42,952 bases of DNA from a bacterium (GCA_043824415.1 JBDRSZ010000164.1:1-42952), one strand, 5' to 3'. Numbered from the stretch's first letter, positions 30,495 to 40,830 are shown. Made by a program: numbers and translations. Notes: generated by a model not told the origin, from the sequence alone.

Positions 30495-33137
30495 ATGCGT
30501 GCAAAGAAGCCGCCGCGGCTGGCGGAATGGATCATCCGCCGCTTATCCCAGTACGAAAGCCGGTTCTCTCTTGATGGAGATCTCAGAGAGGTTTTCGAGG
30601 ATATCGCCCGAAGAGAAAATGAGGGGAAAGCAAGGTCGTGGTATTGGTCGCAGACGAGGAGAGCGTTGATTAAGTATCCTGTTTTGACTTGGAGGATGAA
30701 TATGGGCATGTTGAAAAATCACATCACGCTGGCAGTGAGGAGCATGAAGAAGCACAAGGGGTACACGTTCATCAACCTGGTAGGGTTGGCCGCCGGCCTT
30801 GCCTGTTGCATGATCATCCTGGTTTACGTGAATCATGAGTTAAGTTACGACATGTATCATCCGGATGTGGAGCGCATTTACCGTGTGCTCGAATATCGGA
30901 AGGTGCCGGCGGGTGAATTTATTATGGCCAGAATCAGCCCGATGGTGGCTATTGTCCTGGATGAACAGTTCACTCAGGTCGAACACACAGTCAGGATAAT
31001 GCCGGTATCCAACGTCCTGGTTCGATGTCATGGAATTCCATTCTACGAAGACCGCGTAATGTATACTGATGCGTCGCTGTTGGATGTTTTTTCGATTCCT
31101 GTTCTTAAGGGGAATCCTGAAGAGGCGCTGAAACATCCAGGTCGGGCGGTCCTGACTTCGAGTCTGGCGAAGAAATATTTCGGAAACGAGGATCCCATGG
31201 GCAAGGAGATGGAGATCATCGATCCTCTTCATGAACGCGTCTACGGAGACACGCGCAGATTACACGTTACTGTCTCAGGAGTGGTGGCCGATCCACCGTC
31301 GAATACGCATGTCAAGCAGGGAATCCTGCTCTCCCTCCAAGTATTCAGGGATCATCCCATTCTGAGCGAATGGCACGCAGGGATGACGCATACCTATGTG
31401 AAACTATCGCCGAATACACAACTGACGGATTTTGAGAAAGCCATCGAACGGCTGGCTTATGACTACGTATCCAGAGATCTTTCCGCATGGGGTCAGACAC
31501 GCGAGTATTTCCTCCAGCCCATGAAGGACATCCATTTCTGCCGGGAGATCAGAGGATTGCCTGTCCGAGACGAGTTGGAGCCTTCCGGCAGCCGTGCTTA
31601 TTTTACGATTTACGGCGTCATCGCGATGCTCATCCTGCTGATCGGGACGATGAATTTTGTCAACCTTTCGAATGCGAGGGCTGTCCACCGCATCAAAGAT
31701 GTGGGGCTTCGTAAGGTTCTCGGAGCGAAACGGAGGGAATTAATCCGGCAGTTCCTGAGCGAATCCGTCCTCATCACGCTGATCGCATCGGGTTTCGGGT
31801 TTCTTCTTGCCAGGGTGTTGCTGCCGTTCTTCGTCGCTTTTTCTGGATCGACGGTTTCGTATTCGGCTCTTTTTCAGTCAAGACTTCTGCTGGCTACGGG
31901 CGGGCTGGTGCTTTTCATCGGACTTCTGTCGGGGCTCTATCCGGCCTTCGTTCTGACGACGTTCAAGCCGGACCGCATCCTGCGCGGGACATCCTCCTGG
32001 ACGCGCGGATCATCGGCGTTGAGGGTGCTTGTCGTGGGTCAGTTTGTCATTTCGATCTTCTTAGCTGTGGGAACGCTTACGGTGTCCCGACAACTGATCT
32101 ACATGCGCGGAGGGGACCTGGGTTTCCGGTCGGAAGCTCAGTATGTCATCCCGTTTCGAAGAAACGGGGAGATACGGAAACAGGTCAAAGTTTTGAAGAC
32201 GGAACTCCTGAAACACCCTCAGGTGTTGAGCGCGGCCGCCTCTTCGAGTGTGCCCGGCCGGCCGATGCGGGAAGGACATCTCAAATGGTCCGATGACAAG
32301 CTGGATAAACCGTTGAAACTGGTGTTCCTTTCCTGCGACGAAGATTTTCTCTCTCAGTTCCGGATCGGCATGGCGGCCGGACGCGCTTTCGATGAGGCAA
32401 AGAACGATGAAAACAGCGCGTTCATCATCAACGAAGCGGCTACGAAGCATTTGGGTTACGCTTCCAAAGAGGAGGCCTTGGGGGATCGTCTTTATGAAGG
32501 TACGTACTGGAAAACCATCGTCGGTGTGGTCCGGAATTTCCATTTTCAGGGCATGCAATCGGAAGTCGAGCCGATTTACATGGAAGTCTCTCCCTCCCGC
32601 TATGACATGCTCACGCTCAACTTAGCATCAGCAGACCTTCCCGCTACGCTCCGATTCATCGAAAATACCTGGCAAAGTTTCTGGCCGGACATTCCTTTCG
32701 AAGGTTTCTTTCTTGACGACGATTTCAACCTGCAGTACCTGAAGGAGATGCAGATGGGGCGGATGCTGGGCATCCTGACGATGATGGGCTTGATCATTTC
32801 CTGTATGGGTCTTTTGGGTCTGGCGTCATTTCTGGTGCAGCACCGCACGAAGGAAATCGGGATCCGCAAGGTACTGGGCGCTTCTGCGCCGGATGTCATG
32901 GTCCTGCTTTCGAGGCAATTTCTATTCTTGGTACTGATCGCCAATGTGATTGCTGTACCCATCGCTTACATGACTGCCGTTCGCTGGCTGGAAGATTTTG
33001 CATACCGCATTCGGCCAAGTTGGATCCTTTTTGCTATATCCGGTGGCGCGGCACTCCTTCTCGCACTGATGGCAGTCGGATTCCATACGCTGCACGCCGC
33101 CCGTGCCAATCCCGTGGATAGTCTGCGATACGAGTAA
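30495..33137 (+). CDS. Duplicated FtsX/MacB-type ABC transporter permease (ADOP-like orphan permease)
   Basis: 880 aa starting 2 nt after padR. The N-terminal PPRLAEWIIRRL leader is typical of PadR-linked permeases. There are two FtsX 4-TM modules (..RIKDVGLRKVLGAKRRELI.. and ..RTKEIGIRKVLGASAPDVM..), each preceded by a large periplasmic domain. Confidence 0.88.
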   Translation: MRAKKPPRLAEWIIRRLSQYESRFSLDGDLREVFEDIARRENEGKARSWYWSQTRRALIKYPVLTWRMNMGMLKNHITLAVRSMKKHKGYTFINLVGLAAGLACCMIILVYVNHELSYDMYHPDVERIYRVLEYRKVPAGEFIMARISPMVAIVLDEQFTQVEHTVRIMPVSNVLVRCHGIPFYEDRVMYTDASLLDVFSIPVLKGNPEEALKHPGRAVLTSSLAKKYFGNEDPMGKEMEIIDPLHERVYGDTRRLHVTVSGVVADPPSNTHVKQGILLSLQVFRDHPILSEWHAGMTHTYVKLSPNTQLTDFEKAIERLAYDYVSRDLSAWGQTREYFLQPMKDIHFCREIRGLPVRDELEPSGSRAYFTIYGVIAMLILLIGTMNFVNLSNARAVHRIKDVGLRKVLGAKRRELIRQFLSESVLITLIASGFGFLLARVLLPFFVAFSGSTVSYSALFQSRLLLATGGLVLFIGLLSGLYPAFVLTTFKPDRILRGTSSWTRGSSALRVLVVGQFVISIFLAVGTLTVSRQLIYMRGGDLGFRSEAQYVIPFRRNGEIRKQVKVLKTELLKHPQVLSAAASSSVPGRPMREGHLKWSDDKLDKPLKLVFLSCDEDFLSQFRIGMAAGRAFDEAKNDENSAFIINEAATKHLGYASKEEALGDRLYEGTYWKTIVGVVRNFHFQGMQSEVEPIYMEVSPSRYDMLTLNLASADLPATLRFIENTWQSFWPDIPFEGFFLDDDFNLQYLKEMQMGRMLGILTMMGLIISCMGLLGLASFLVQHRTKEIGIRKVLGASAPDVMVLLSRQFLFLVLIANVIAVPIAYMTAVRWLEDFAYRIRPSWILFAISGGAALLLALMAVGFHTLHAARANPVDSLRYE

Positions 33138-33228
33138 TTTTGTTGATTACATCGAGTCTGTAAGAATACACGGATTCATCCAGCTCGCATCAGATCTGTT
33201 TCGTTTAAAAATATTGGAAACATTTAAT

Positions 33229-33267
33229 ACCCGGTTTTCTTAGAGAAGGCCGGGTTCTTTTATTTTT
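33229..33267 (+). terminator. Rho-independent terminator after the permease gene
   Basis: ACCCGGTTTTCT-TAG-AGAAGGCCGGGT forms a 12-bp stem with two G-U pairs and is followed by TCTTTTATTTTT. Confidence 0.7.
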
Positions 33268-33383
33268 ACAGTATAAAAATATTTATTGATTTTTATTCAT
33301 TTCTTCGTTATTTTTTTTAAGATTTTAATACGTCGAGGGGAAGGGGGAGCAATCGTATTTAAAGAAGAGAGGAGAGGGGCGAG

Positions 33384-33941
33384 ATGTATAAAATGACTCC
33401 TAAACGTATGTTCTTCACGAAGGGGGTGGGTTTTCACAAGAACAAGCTTCAGAGTTTTGAGTTGGCTCTCCGTGATGCCGGGATTGAAAAATGCAATATC
33501 GTTTCAGTTTCGAGTATTTATCCTTCGGATTGTAAAATTATTTCCAAATCGAAGGGACTCCCGGAACTCCAGCCCGGACAAATCACGTTTATGGTCATGG
33601 CAAGGGAGAGCACGGATGAACCCAATCGTCTCGTTTCCGCAGCCATAGGTTTGGCACAACCTTACGACAAGCAGCAGTATGGTTACATCAGTGAACATCA
33701 TTCGTTCGGACAGACGATGAAAAAGGCAAGAGATTTTGCAGAGGATTTGGCTGCGACGATGCTGGCATCGACGTTGGGCATCGAGCTCGACCCGGATAAA
33801 GCCTGGGATGAGAGGAAACAGCTTTATATCACTGAAAAGAATAAACAGTTTGTGAGCCGAGGCACCGCCCAATCGGCTGAGGGCCACAAAGAGAGTTTGT
33901 GGACCACGGTCATCGCTTGTGCGGTCTTTCTGTTAGAATGA
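33384..33941 (+). CDS. pdaD: Pyruvoyl-dependent arginine decarboxylase
   Basis: [43 protein letters not shown] matches the PdaD N-terminus, including the self-cleaving Ser-Ser site. Confidence 0.88.
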   Translation: MYKMTPKRMFFTKGVGFHKNKLQSFELALRDAGIEKCNIVSVSSIYPSDCKIISKSKGLPELQPGQITFMVMARESTDEPNRLVSAAIGLAQPYDKQQYGYISEHHSFGQTMKKARDFAEDLAATMLASTLGIELDPDKAWDERKQLYITEKNKQFVSRGTAQSAEGHKESLWTTVIACAVFLLE

Positions 33942-34100
33942 ACTATTCACGCACTTCCATTTTTTATTCCCTCTATCCTCAGTGCGGTAAGTTGCAGGTG
34001 ACTAAAGTTACAAGTGAACTAAAGTACCCAAAGTCGATTAAGACGGAATTTTGCACAATAACTATAAAGTTGACTGACGGAAAGTTATAGCGTTTTCAAG

Positions 34101-35168
34101 ATGCGACGAAAATCGTTATTCGAGGATTATCCCAATCTCCAGCCTCAGTTTCTCCGACCTGGGATGTCTGTACCCGATCTGATCCGGACGATGGGAAAGA
34201 CGTGCTTTGAAGCCCGGAATGTGTGGCGCGGAGCGAAACTGTTTGCACAGATGGCAGAGGACGGCGACACGATCTGGCTGGGTATTGCCGGAGCCGGCAT
34301 CGCGGGAGGTATGGGGGGCATGGTCGTTTCCCTTCTGCAGAGAGGGTTTATCGATGTGATCTGCTCGACGGGCGCCCAGGTGTACCACGACCTCCATTTT
34401 GCGTTCGACCTTCCGGTGAAGGCTGTGGGTCCGCACTGGGATGACGATTCACTCCGGAAGCACGGCGATACGCGCATCTACGACATCGGCATCCGAGAAA
34501 AGGAAACTCTGGAAGCTCAGGATGAAATCATCCGTCGGTTCATTGAAGAGGAATATGCGACACTTGCCGGACATCCGGTGGCGAGCTGGGAGTTGAATTA
34601 TCGTCTTGGTTTATGGACTGAAAAAAATGCAAAACATCCGGAGAGAAGTTTTACGGCCGTAGCGGCGAGAATGGGCGTACCGATTTTCTGGGATTCTCAT
34701 TCCAATCACTCCATCGCCATGAATCTCGTCCGAACGGACAGGGAAGGCCATCCTATCAGCCTCTCACCGCAGAAGGATATCTTCGACTCGGCGGCCATCG
34801 TGTATGCTTCGGAACAGACGGGTTTTGTGGAGTTGGGCGGCGGCGGGCCGAAGAATTTCATCCAGCAGACCGGTCCGACGCTGAGTCAGATCCTGGGTGT
34901 CGATTATGAAGGGGCGGATAGAGGTCTTCAGATCAGCACCGCAGTGGAGAGGGAAGGGAGCCTGTCCAGCTGCACGTTTGGCGAGGCCGTCACGTGGGGG
35001 AAATACAGGTCCGCCGCGGAGGACAAACTCGTACAGATCTGGGCAGAGTACAGCATCGTTTTTCCGCTTCTGTCCGTCTACGTCATGGATTCGTGTAAGG
35101 AGCGGCCTCCGAAAAATATCATCGCCCGAATGCCTTCTTTTATCGACCGCCTGGAAGCCGCGCGATGA
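34101..35168 (+). CDS. Deoxyhypusine synthase-like protein (DHS family; possibly homospermidine-type aminobutyl transferase)
   Basis: WLGIAGAGIAGGMGGMVVSLLQRGFIDVICSTGAQVYHD and ..GGGGPKNFIQQTG.. are DHS-family patterns. The gene overlaps speB by 4 nt. Confidence 0.8.
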   Translation: MRRKSLFEDYPNLQPQFLRPGMSVPDLIRTMGKTCFEARNVWRGAKLFAQMAEDGDTIWLGIAGAGIAGGMGGMVVSLLQRGFIDVICSTGAQVYHDLHFAFDLPVKAVGPHWDDDSLRKHGDTRIYDIGIREKETLEAQDEIIRRFIEEEYATLAGHPVASWELNYRLGLWTEKNAKHPERSFTAVAARMGVPIFWDSHSNHSIAMNLVRTDREGHPISLSPQKDIFDSAAIVYASEQTGFVELGGGGPKNFIQQTGPTLSQILGVDYEGADRGLQISTAVEREGSLSSCTFGEAVTWGKYRSAAEDKLVQIWAEYSIVFPLLSVYVMDSCKERPPKNIIARMPSFIDRLEAAR

Positions 35169-36091
35169 GGCTTCATCCAAAACAATTCCTGGGACTGGAA
35201 CCGGCGTATACTTCCTTCGATGATGCCGCTGTGGCAATACTGCCCTTTCCTTATGAAGGCGGCATCTCCTACGGTCGGGGAACCGCTGGAGCGCCCGATG
35301 CTGTGCTGGAAGCGTCTTATTTCTTAGAATTGTACGATGAGGTTCTCAAAGCCGAGGTTCATCGGATGGGCATTGCCACGGTCGCGCCTCCGACCATTCC
35401 CGGCGAGCCCGAACGGATGATCCAGACGATTCAAAGTATGGTCGAATCCCTTTTGGATGAAGGCAAGTTTGTCGTGGTCATCGGGGGGGATCATTCGATT
35501 TCGAGTGGCACCTGTCGTGCGCTTCGGGAGAAGGCCGGCTCCGTCTCTGTCATTCAGCTGGACGCCCATGCCGATTTGAGGGATTCTTACGAGGGGAGCC
35601 GTCTGAGTCACGCCTGCACGATGTCCCGGATTCGTGAGATGACGTCGGACACGTTTCAATTGGGGATTCGGAGTCTCTCCGCAGAAGAGGCAGAGCGGGT
35701 CGAGAGGGAGAAGATCGCATTGTGCACGATGGATGCATTCCGGTCGGGAGCGTTCGATGTGGACTGCGCGCTGAAGGCACTTCCGGATCCTGTCTTTCTT
35801 ACCATAGATGTGGATGTATTCGACTGGAGCGTCGTTGCGAGCACGGGCACGCCCGAGCCCGGCGGGTTCCTCTGGGACGAAGCGGTGTCCCTTCTGGAAA
35901 AAATTTTTTTACGGAAGTGTGTGATCGGTTTTGACGTGGTCGAACTGGCGTATCATCCTGCGGATCGCAATTCGCCTTTTGCTGTGGCCAAGTTGATTTA
36001 CAAAATGCTGGGTTTTAAGCTGAAATCGGAGGTTCAGAGAAGAAACCTCCCTTGGCCTGATTCTCCCAAGGGCAATCTCTTCCTGATATAA
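35165..36091 (+). CDS. speB: Agmatinase (ureohydrolase family)
   Basis: Mn-binding motifs IGGDHSIS, QLDAHADLRD and LTIDVDVFD. The gene sits in an operon with pdaD. Confidence 0.88.
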   Translation: MRLHPKQFLGLEPAYTSFDDAAVAILPFPYEGGISYGRGTAGAPDAVLEASYFLELYDEVLKAEVHRMGIATVAPPTIPGEPERMIQTIQSMVESLLDEGKFVVVIGGDHSISSGTCRALREKAGSVSVIQLDAHADLRDSYEGSRLSHACTMSRIREMTSDTFQLGIRSLSAEEAERVEREKIALCTMDAFRSGAFDVDCALKALPDPVFLTIDVDVFDWSVVASTGTPEPGGFLWDEAVSLLEKIFLRKCVIGFDVVELAYHPADRNSPFAVAKLIYKMLGFKLKSEVQRRNLPWPDSPKGNLFLI

Positions 36092-36108
36092 TTTTCTGAG
36101 TTCTGAAA

Positions 36109-37044
36109 TCAAATCCCAGTCTTCTTTGAGGAGATTGGGATTTTATATGATTCTATCGGCTCGGCGATTTTTGCAAGGTCCGGGAAGCGTTCGAACAGTG
36201 TGGCTGGCGCTTTGAGCATTTCTTCGCCTAAGGCTGCCCTGAGTTGGAAGGCGTTAGCCACGGCCTGGCCCCAGGGGTGGTTGTTCTGTATAACGAATGT
36301 GGATTTGCTTCCTTCGGCCACTTTTTGGACTTTTGCAGCGATTTCCTGGATTTCCTTTTCCGAATAGAGATAATCGTACCGTGCGGCCGGGGATGTTATG
36401 GGCGCGCCCTCCTCTTTCTTCGCAAACCATGCTTTGTAATTCCGACCGTGCATCCTCACGTATCCGATGGGTCCCGTCCGGATGGGATTGAACGCGATGG
36501 ACTTGCCGATGACGGGCTGGTCGATGGTAGCGAAGCCGACGTTCCGCTTGTCAAAGAATTCTAAAACAGTCGGGTCATCCCAGGTGGCATGGCGTAGCTC
36601 CACGACGAGAGGGTAGTCCTTGAATGTATCGATAATTTTGGAGAGCCACTGCCGGCTGGATTCCTCGTTTTTGAAACTCCACGGGAACTGGCAGAGGACG
36701 GCGCCGAGTTTATCGGCTTTGGCTAACGGATCGATGCCTTCCGTGTAGAATTTGACTTCCTCCGGGCTGAATTCCTTTCTCTCATGCGTGAAGCGCTGCC
36801 AGAGCTTAGCCGTGAATTTAAAGTCCGGGTTGTGGGCGACTTTGCGGATCCAGGCCGAGCCCATGAAGGCGTTGGCGGGTCGATAGAACGTCGAGTTGAT
36901 CTCTGCGGTGTCGAAGAAATTCGCCAGATAGTCGAGTTCTTTGAATCCTTTACCAGCATTCTTGGGATAGACGATGCCGTACCAGTCTTTGTAGTTCCAG
37001 CCCGCTGGGCCGACACGGATGATTTTATGGGTTTGAGGGATCAT
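36109..37044 (-). CDS. DUF72 (UPF0759) family protein
   Basis: VGPAGWNYKDWYGIVYP..LDYLANFFDTAEINSTFYR..VELRHATW is the DUF72 pattern. Confidence 0.85.
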   Translation of the reverse strand: MIPQTHKIIRVGPAGWNYKDWYGIVYPKNAGKGFKELDYLANFFDTAEINSTFYRPANAFMGSAWIRKVAHNPDFKFTAKLWQRFTHERKEFSPEEVKFYTEGIDPLAKADKLGAVLCQFPWSFKNEESSRQWLSKIIDTFKDYPLVVELRHATWDDPTVLEFFDKRNVGFATIDQPVIGKSIAFNPIRTGPIGYVRMHGRNYKAWFAKKEEGAPITSPAARYDYLYSEKEIQEIAAKVQKVAEGSKSTFVIQNNHPWGQAVANAFQLRAALGEEMLKAPATLFERFPDLAKIAEPIESYKIPISSKKTGI

Positions 37045-37178
37045 CTGAGCTTATCGAATTTATTTTTTCAGGATATAAATTCTACAGCTCCACCACCGCC
37101 TGGATACCCGCCTAAGGCGGACAAGCCCGCTTAAACATTGCGGGAAAGATATATGAGAAGAGTCATTCCCGAGCGCCT

Positions 37179-37910
37179 TTATCGGACCGCGTTGACACCG
37201 GTCTTGAAGATGTGCAGCCCGTCCTCTGAGCCGAGCCAGGAGTAAATGGCTCTTTCTGGGTGGGGCATGAGTCCGAGGAGCAAGCCCGTGGGATCGCAGA
37301 TGGCGGCGCGCCCGCCTGGGGAGCCGTTGGGATTGGCCGGATAGTCGAGCGTGCCCTGTGGAGAGCCGTACCGCAGGACGGTATTCGTATCGTCGAAATC
37401 GTCGGTGAGGAGCAGTCTGCCCTCGCCGTGGGCCACGGGAATGTGCAGGCGCCGGCCTTCCAGACCGCGGGTCCAGATGCAATCCGTTTTTTGGACGAAC
37501 ACATTGACCCATCGGCTCTCAAAAGCGGCTGACAGATTGCGGTCCAGCAGGGCCTTGGCTTCGCCGATGTCGCCGGTGCCGGGCAGAAGTCCCGTGAGGA
37601 TGAGAAATTGAAAGCCGTTGCAGATGCCGACGGTGGGGATTTTTTTCTCCCGTACTTCCATGAGCTGATCGCGGAGGCGGTAGAGCAGGTCGATGGCCAC
37701 GATTCGGCCTGCGGCCACATGATCACCGAAGGCGAATCCGCCGGGCATGGCCAGCAGGTCGCAGTCGGTCAATCTTTTCCTTCCTTGAAGAAGATCGGCG
37801 GTCAAATGACAGAAAGAAGGATTCGCACCGGCAAGCCGGAAGGCATCCGCAGTTTCGTGATGGCAGTTGATGCCGGGTGCGTATAGGATGTGGACTTGTG
37901 GTTTGCTCAT
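37179..37910 (-). CDS. purQ: Phosphoribosylformylglycinamidine synthase, glutaminase subunit PurQ
   Basis: ILYAPGINCHHETADAF..LAMPGGFAFGDH..GICNGFQ (catalytic Cys)..PHPER. The gene overlaps purL by 4 nt. Confidence 0.9.
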   Translation of the reverse strand: MSKPQVHILYAPGINCHHETADAFRLAGANPSFCHLTADLLQGRKRLTDCDLLAMPGGFAFGDHVAAGRIVAIDLLYRLRDQLMEVREKKIPTVGICNGFQFLILTGLLPGTGDIGEAKALLDRNLSAAFESRWVNVFVQKTDCIWTRGLEGRRLHIPVAHGEGRLLLTDDFDDTNTVLRYGSPQGTLDYPANPNGSPGGRAAICDPTGLLLGLMPHPERAIYSWLGSEDGLHIFKTGVNAVR

Positions 37911-40777
37911 CCAGCTACCTCTCGGAATGGTTTTTCCCAGGCGGAGATGAGGTCTTGCATGGGAAGTTGAACCGTCATGCTGTCTGTTTTTACTGCGATG
38001 TTAAATTCGTCTTTGATGCGGCCTAAAAGAATACCGTCCAAATCAGTCTCGATTCGATGTGTATTTTTTTCTTCGATCTCGATCAAGATCGCTCCGATGG
38101 ATTCCGCGAAGAGACATGCTTCGAGAGTGCTCTGTCCGAGATGATTTTTCATGATTGACAGGTCGATTTCGCATCCCAGACCGCTGCCCAGTGCCATCTC
38201 GAAGAGCCTGCGGATGAGGCCTCCCTCCGCGACGGCTGAGGCGGACTGGATGATGCCTTCTTCCTGGAGCGGTTTCAGGACTTTCCAGAAACGCTTCAAT
38301 GCTTCGACCGATGGATGGGGAAGCGTACAGCCCCTTTGGCCGAGGGTGTCGAAATAGACAGAACCGCCCAATTCCAATGATAGAGGTCCTACAATATAAA
38401 GCCGATTTCCGATTTTTTCCCACGGCTTTGGAACGAGTTTTCCGATGTCTGGCATTCTTCCGAGTGCAAGGACTGCGAGTGTCGGCGGGATGTCGAGACG
38501 CTTTCCGTCCTCACTGATGAAAGTGCCGCTGGAGCTGTCCTTTCCGCTGATGAAGGGGGTACCCAACGCTTTGGAAAGATCGCAGCATGCGAGGACCATT
38601 TCCCTGAGGCCGAAGGCGATTTCGGGCGTCACGCGCGGCGTATAAAAATTATCGCAAAGAACGATGTCCGAGAGATGAACCCCGGCTGCGATGAGCTTGG
38701 AAATGGGCTCCAGCATCATGAGTCTGGCCATCGCTGCAGCGTTGACATCTCCGTAGAAGGGATTGAATCCGACAGCGGCGACTGCGCCGTACGGCTTTCC
38801 CCGAATGGGCGTTGAAGCCCAGATATCACTGGGCATACGGCCGTTCTTTCCTCCGTACGGACCGACGGCGATCATGCCCTGGACGGTCTTGTCGAACTGA
38901 AAACCTGCCGCGGATTGGTCGCAGATGTTCAGATGGCCGAGAACCGCACGGACGGCTGAATGCCATTGTCCCTCGGATAAGAGCGGTGACGGAGTGAACG
39001 GTTTCGGTTTATTTTTCGGTTTATTAACACGGATATCAGGGAGGGGACAGCTTTTGCGGAGTTCCTCGAAACTCAGATCGATGACAGTCTCCCCGCTGAG
39101 TTGGGGACGTCCCGGAAGGTCTTCCGAACTTCGACCCATGCTCGGATCGAATACGACCTGACAGCGTCTCGTGGCCGTGAATTTTCCAATAATCGCGGCA
39201 GGAACTTCGTACTTGTCGAGGATTGTAAGAGCCCCGTCGATTTTATCCGGGGGCACGCAGAGGAGCATGCGTTCCTGACTCTCGGAAATCCAAATTTCCC
39301 AAGGATGCATTCCTTCTGTTTTCAGGGGTACCCATGTCAGGTTGATCCAGATGCCTGTTTCGGATCCCATCTCCCCCGCTGCCGACGAGAGTCCCGCGGC
39401 ACCCAAGTCGGTCACAGCGCGGAGACAGTCAGCGTCGCGTAAGGCCGGAATGGCCTCCATGAATTTCCGTTCTTCGATGGGCTGGCCGATCTGGACGTGG
39501 GCGGCATCGACGGTAGCAGTCTCGCTCGTCATCGAACCGGAGCTGACTGTGGCGCCGTGAAGGCCGTCTCTGCCGGTCAACCCGCCGACGAGGATGGCGA
39601 AATCACCGGATTTGGGCCGGCCTTTCCTGGCGCGTTTTGCTGGGATAAGACCGATGGAGTGTCCCAGTGCAAAGCACTTTCCCGTATACCCGGGATGGAA
39701 TCGGTAGACGGGGAACATCATCGGAATGCCCATGGGATTGGTGTAATCGGCCGTGCCCCCGATGGATTCGACGAGGATGGTCTTCGGATGGAGAGCGCCT
39801 TTGGGCACGTCTTTCCACTCCATCCGCGGATCCCCCAGTCCCATGATAGTGCTGCCTCCGATGGGCCAAGCGCCCTGGCCGCAACCCAATGTATCCCGGA
39901 TCACACCCCCGTGTTTCGTCATGATGCCGCCGTAGGGACTGACGGCTGTGGGAGAATTGTGCGTTTCACCTTTGATCGTCAGTGCCCATCCATCGTAGAA
40001 TTCCACGGCTCCTGCGTTGTCCTCGAACACGGACAGTACGAGGGGATGGTTGATTTCGTTCGTTGCCTGCCACAGCGCTTGGAGGAGGCCGAGGCTCTTC
40101 CACGTTGTGTGGAAACAGTGGTCGGACCACGTTTGGGCGAACATTTCGAGTTCGGCATCGGTCAAGGGGCGTTCGATTTTATCTGATATTTTCTGAAGCG
40201 CTTCCATTTGGTCCGCGTCGAGGAAGAGGCGTCTTTCATCGCTGAGCCGGAGGAGCTGCCTGCGGTCCAATCCTTTGAGCGGTATTTTCTCGACGGGGCC
40301 GGCTTGTCCCTGTGGTTTTAATGTGGTCCACCGATCTTTGGGTGTGATGATCACCTGGACTTGGGGGTTGTAGAGATAGCGGGTCACGATTTGCTTCGCC
40401 GCAGATTCATCCACTCCCAAGAACTGGTAGCGGTGGGCGATGCGAACCCACGAGAGGTTTTCAATTCCCATGGCGCGCGTTCCTCTGAGGACGGAGGGAA
40501 GTTCCGGGTCGGTGACCGCTCTCTGGTATCCAACCTCGATCACGGGTCCTTTCGACCCGTCGAGGAGGGTGTGCTCAGAAAGGGTCTCGGCAGTAGAGTG
40601 ACAGAAAAGGGGCTTCAAAGAGAGGGCCTGATTCTGGGTAATTCCTTCAAGACGGAATACTCTTTCGATGAGCACACCGTTCAATGCGTGGAATCCTTCG
40701 GATCGCAGCCGGTTGAGCAGGATTTGGGCCTCGGGGTCGTCTCCGGTTCTTCGAAGGTAAAGGGTTGAGATCAACAT
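37907..40777 (-). CDS. purL: Phosphoribosylformylglycinamidine synthase PurL with N-terminal tandem PurS-like domains
   Basis: 956 aa. The core motifs ETHNSPTAVSPYGGIMT, DCLRAVTDLGAAGLSSA and FISGKDS are PurL (PurM-fold repeats). The first ~170 aa form two PurS-like beta-alpha modules. AGGAGG lies upstream of the ATG. Confidence 0.9.
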   Translation of the reverse strand: MLISTLYLRRTGDDPEAQILLNRLRSEGFHALNGVLIERVFRLEGITQNQALSLKPLFCHSTAETLSEHTLLDGSKGPVIEVGYQRAVTDPELPSVLRGTRAMGIENLSWVRIAHRYQFLGVDESAAKQIVTRYLYNPQVQVIITPKDRWTTLKPQGQAGPVEKIPLKGLDRRQLLRLSDERRLFLDADQMEALQKISDKIERPLTDAELEMFAQTWSDHCFHTTWKSLGLLQALWQATNEINHPLVLSVFEDNAGAVEFYDGWALTIKGETHNSPTAVSPYGGIMTKHGGVIRDTLGCGQGAWPIGGSTIMGLGDPRMEWKDVPKGALHPKTILVESIGGTADYTNPMGIPMMFPVYRFHPGYTGKCFALGHSIGLIPAKRARKGRPKSGDFAILVGGLTGRDGLHGATVSSGSMTSETATVDAAHVQIGQPIEERKFMEAIPALRDADCLRAVTDLGAAGLSSAAGEMGSETGIWINLTWVPLKTEGMHPWEIWISESQERMLLCVPPDKIDGALTILDKYEVPAAIIGKFTATRRCQVVFDPSMGRSSEDLPGRPQLSGETVIDLSFEELRKSCPLPDIRVNKPKNKPKPFTPSPLLSEGQWHSAVRAVLGHLNICDQSAAGFQFDKTVQGMIAVGPYGGKNGRMPSDIWASTPIRGKPYGAVAAVGFNPFYGDVNAAAMARLMMLEPISKLIAAGVHLSDIVLCDNFYTPRVTPEIAFGLREMVLACCDLSKALGTPFISGKDSSSGTFISEDGKRLDIPPTLAVLALGRMPDIGKLVPKPWEKIGNRLYIVGPLSLELGGSVYFDTLGQRGCTLPHPSVEALKRFWKVLKPLQEEGIIQSASAVAEGGLIRRLFEMALGSGLGCEIDLSIMKNHLGQSTLEACLFAESIGAILIEIEEKNTHRIETDLDGILLGRIKDEFNIAVKTDSMTVQLPMQDLISAWEKPFREVAG

Positions 40778-40801
40778 TTCCTCCTTTCGTTGGAATGATC
40801 C

Positions 40802-40830
40802 ATTCTAAGTGAATAATGCGAAAATGTCAA
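40802..40830 (-). promoter_or_regulatory. Near-consensus sigma70 promoter for purL-purQ
   Basis: On the minus strand: TTGACA, a 17-nt spacer, then TAGAAT. The -10 box lies about 25 nt upstream of the purL ATG and the -35 about 48 nt upstream. Confidence 0.6.

Noticed and set aside
30049-30504. 151-aa minus-strand ORF covering padR
   Set aside because: It is antisense to a clear PadR winged-helix gene that has an RBS and operator sites, and it has no recognisable motifs.
33899-34090. 63-aa ORF in the pdaD-DHS spacer
   Set aside because: It has no RBS, overlaps the end of pdaD in another frame, and its composition reflects the AT-rich repeat-bearing spacer. I treat it as non-coding.
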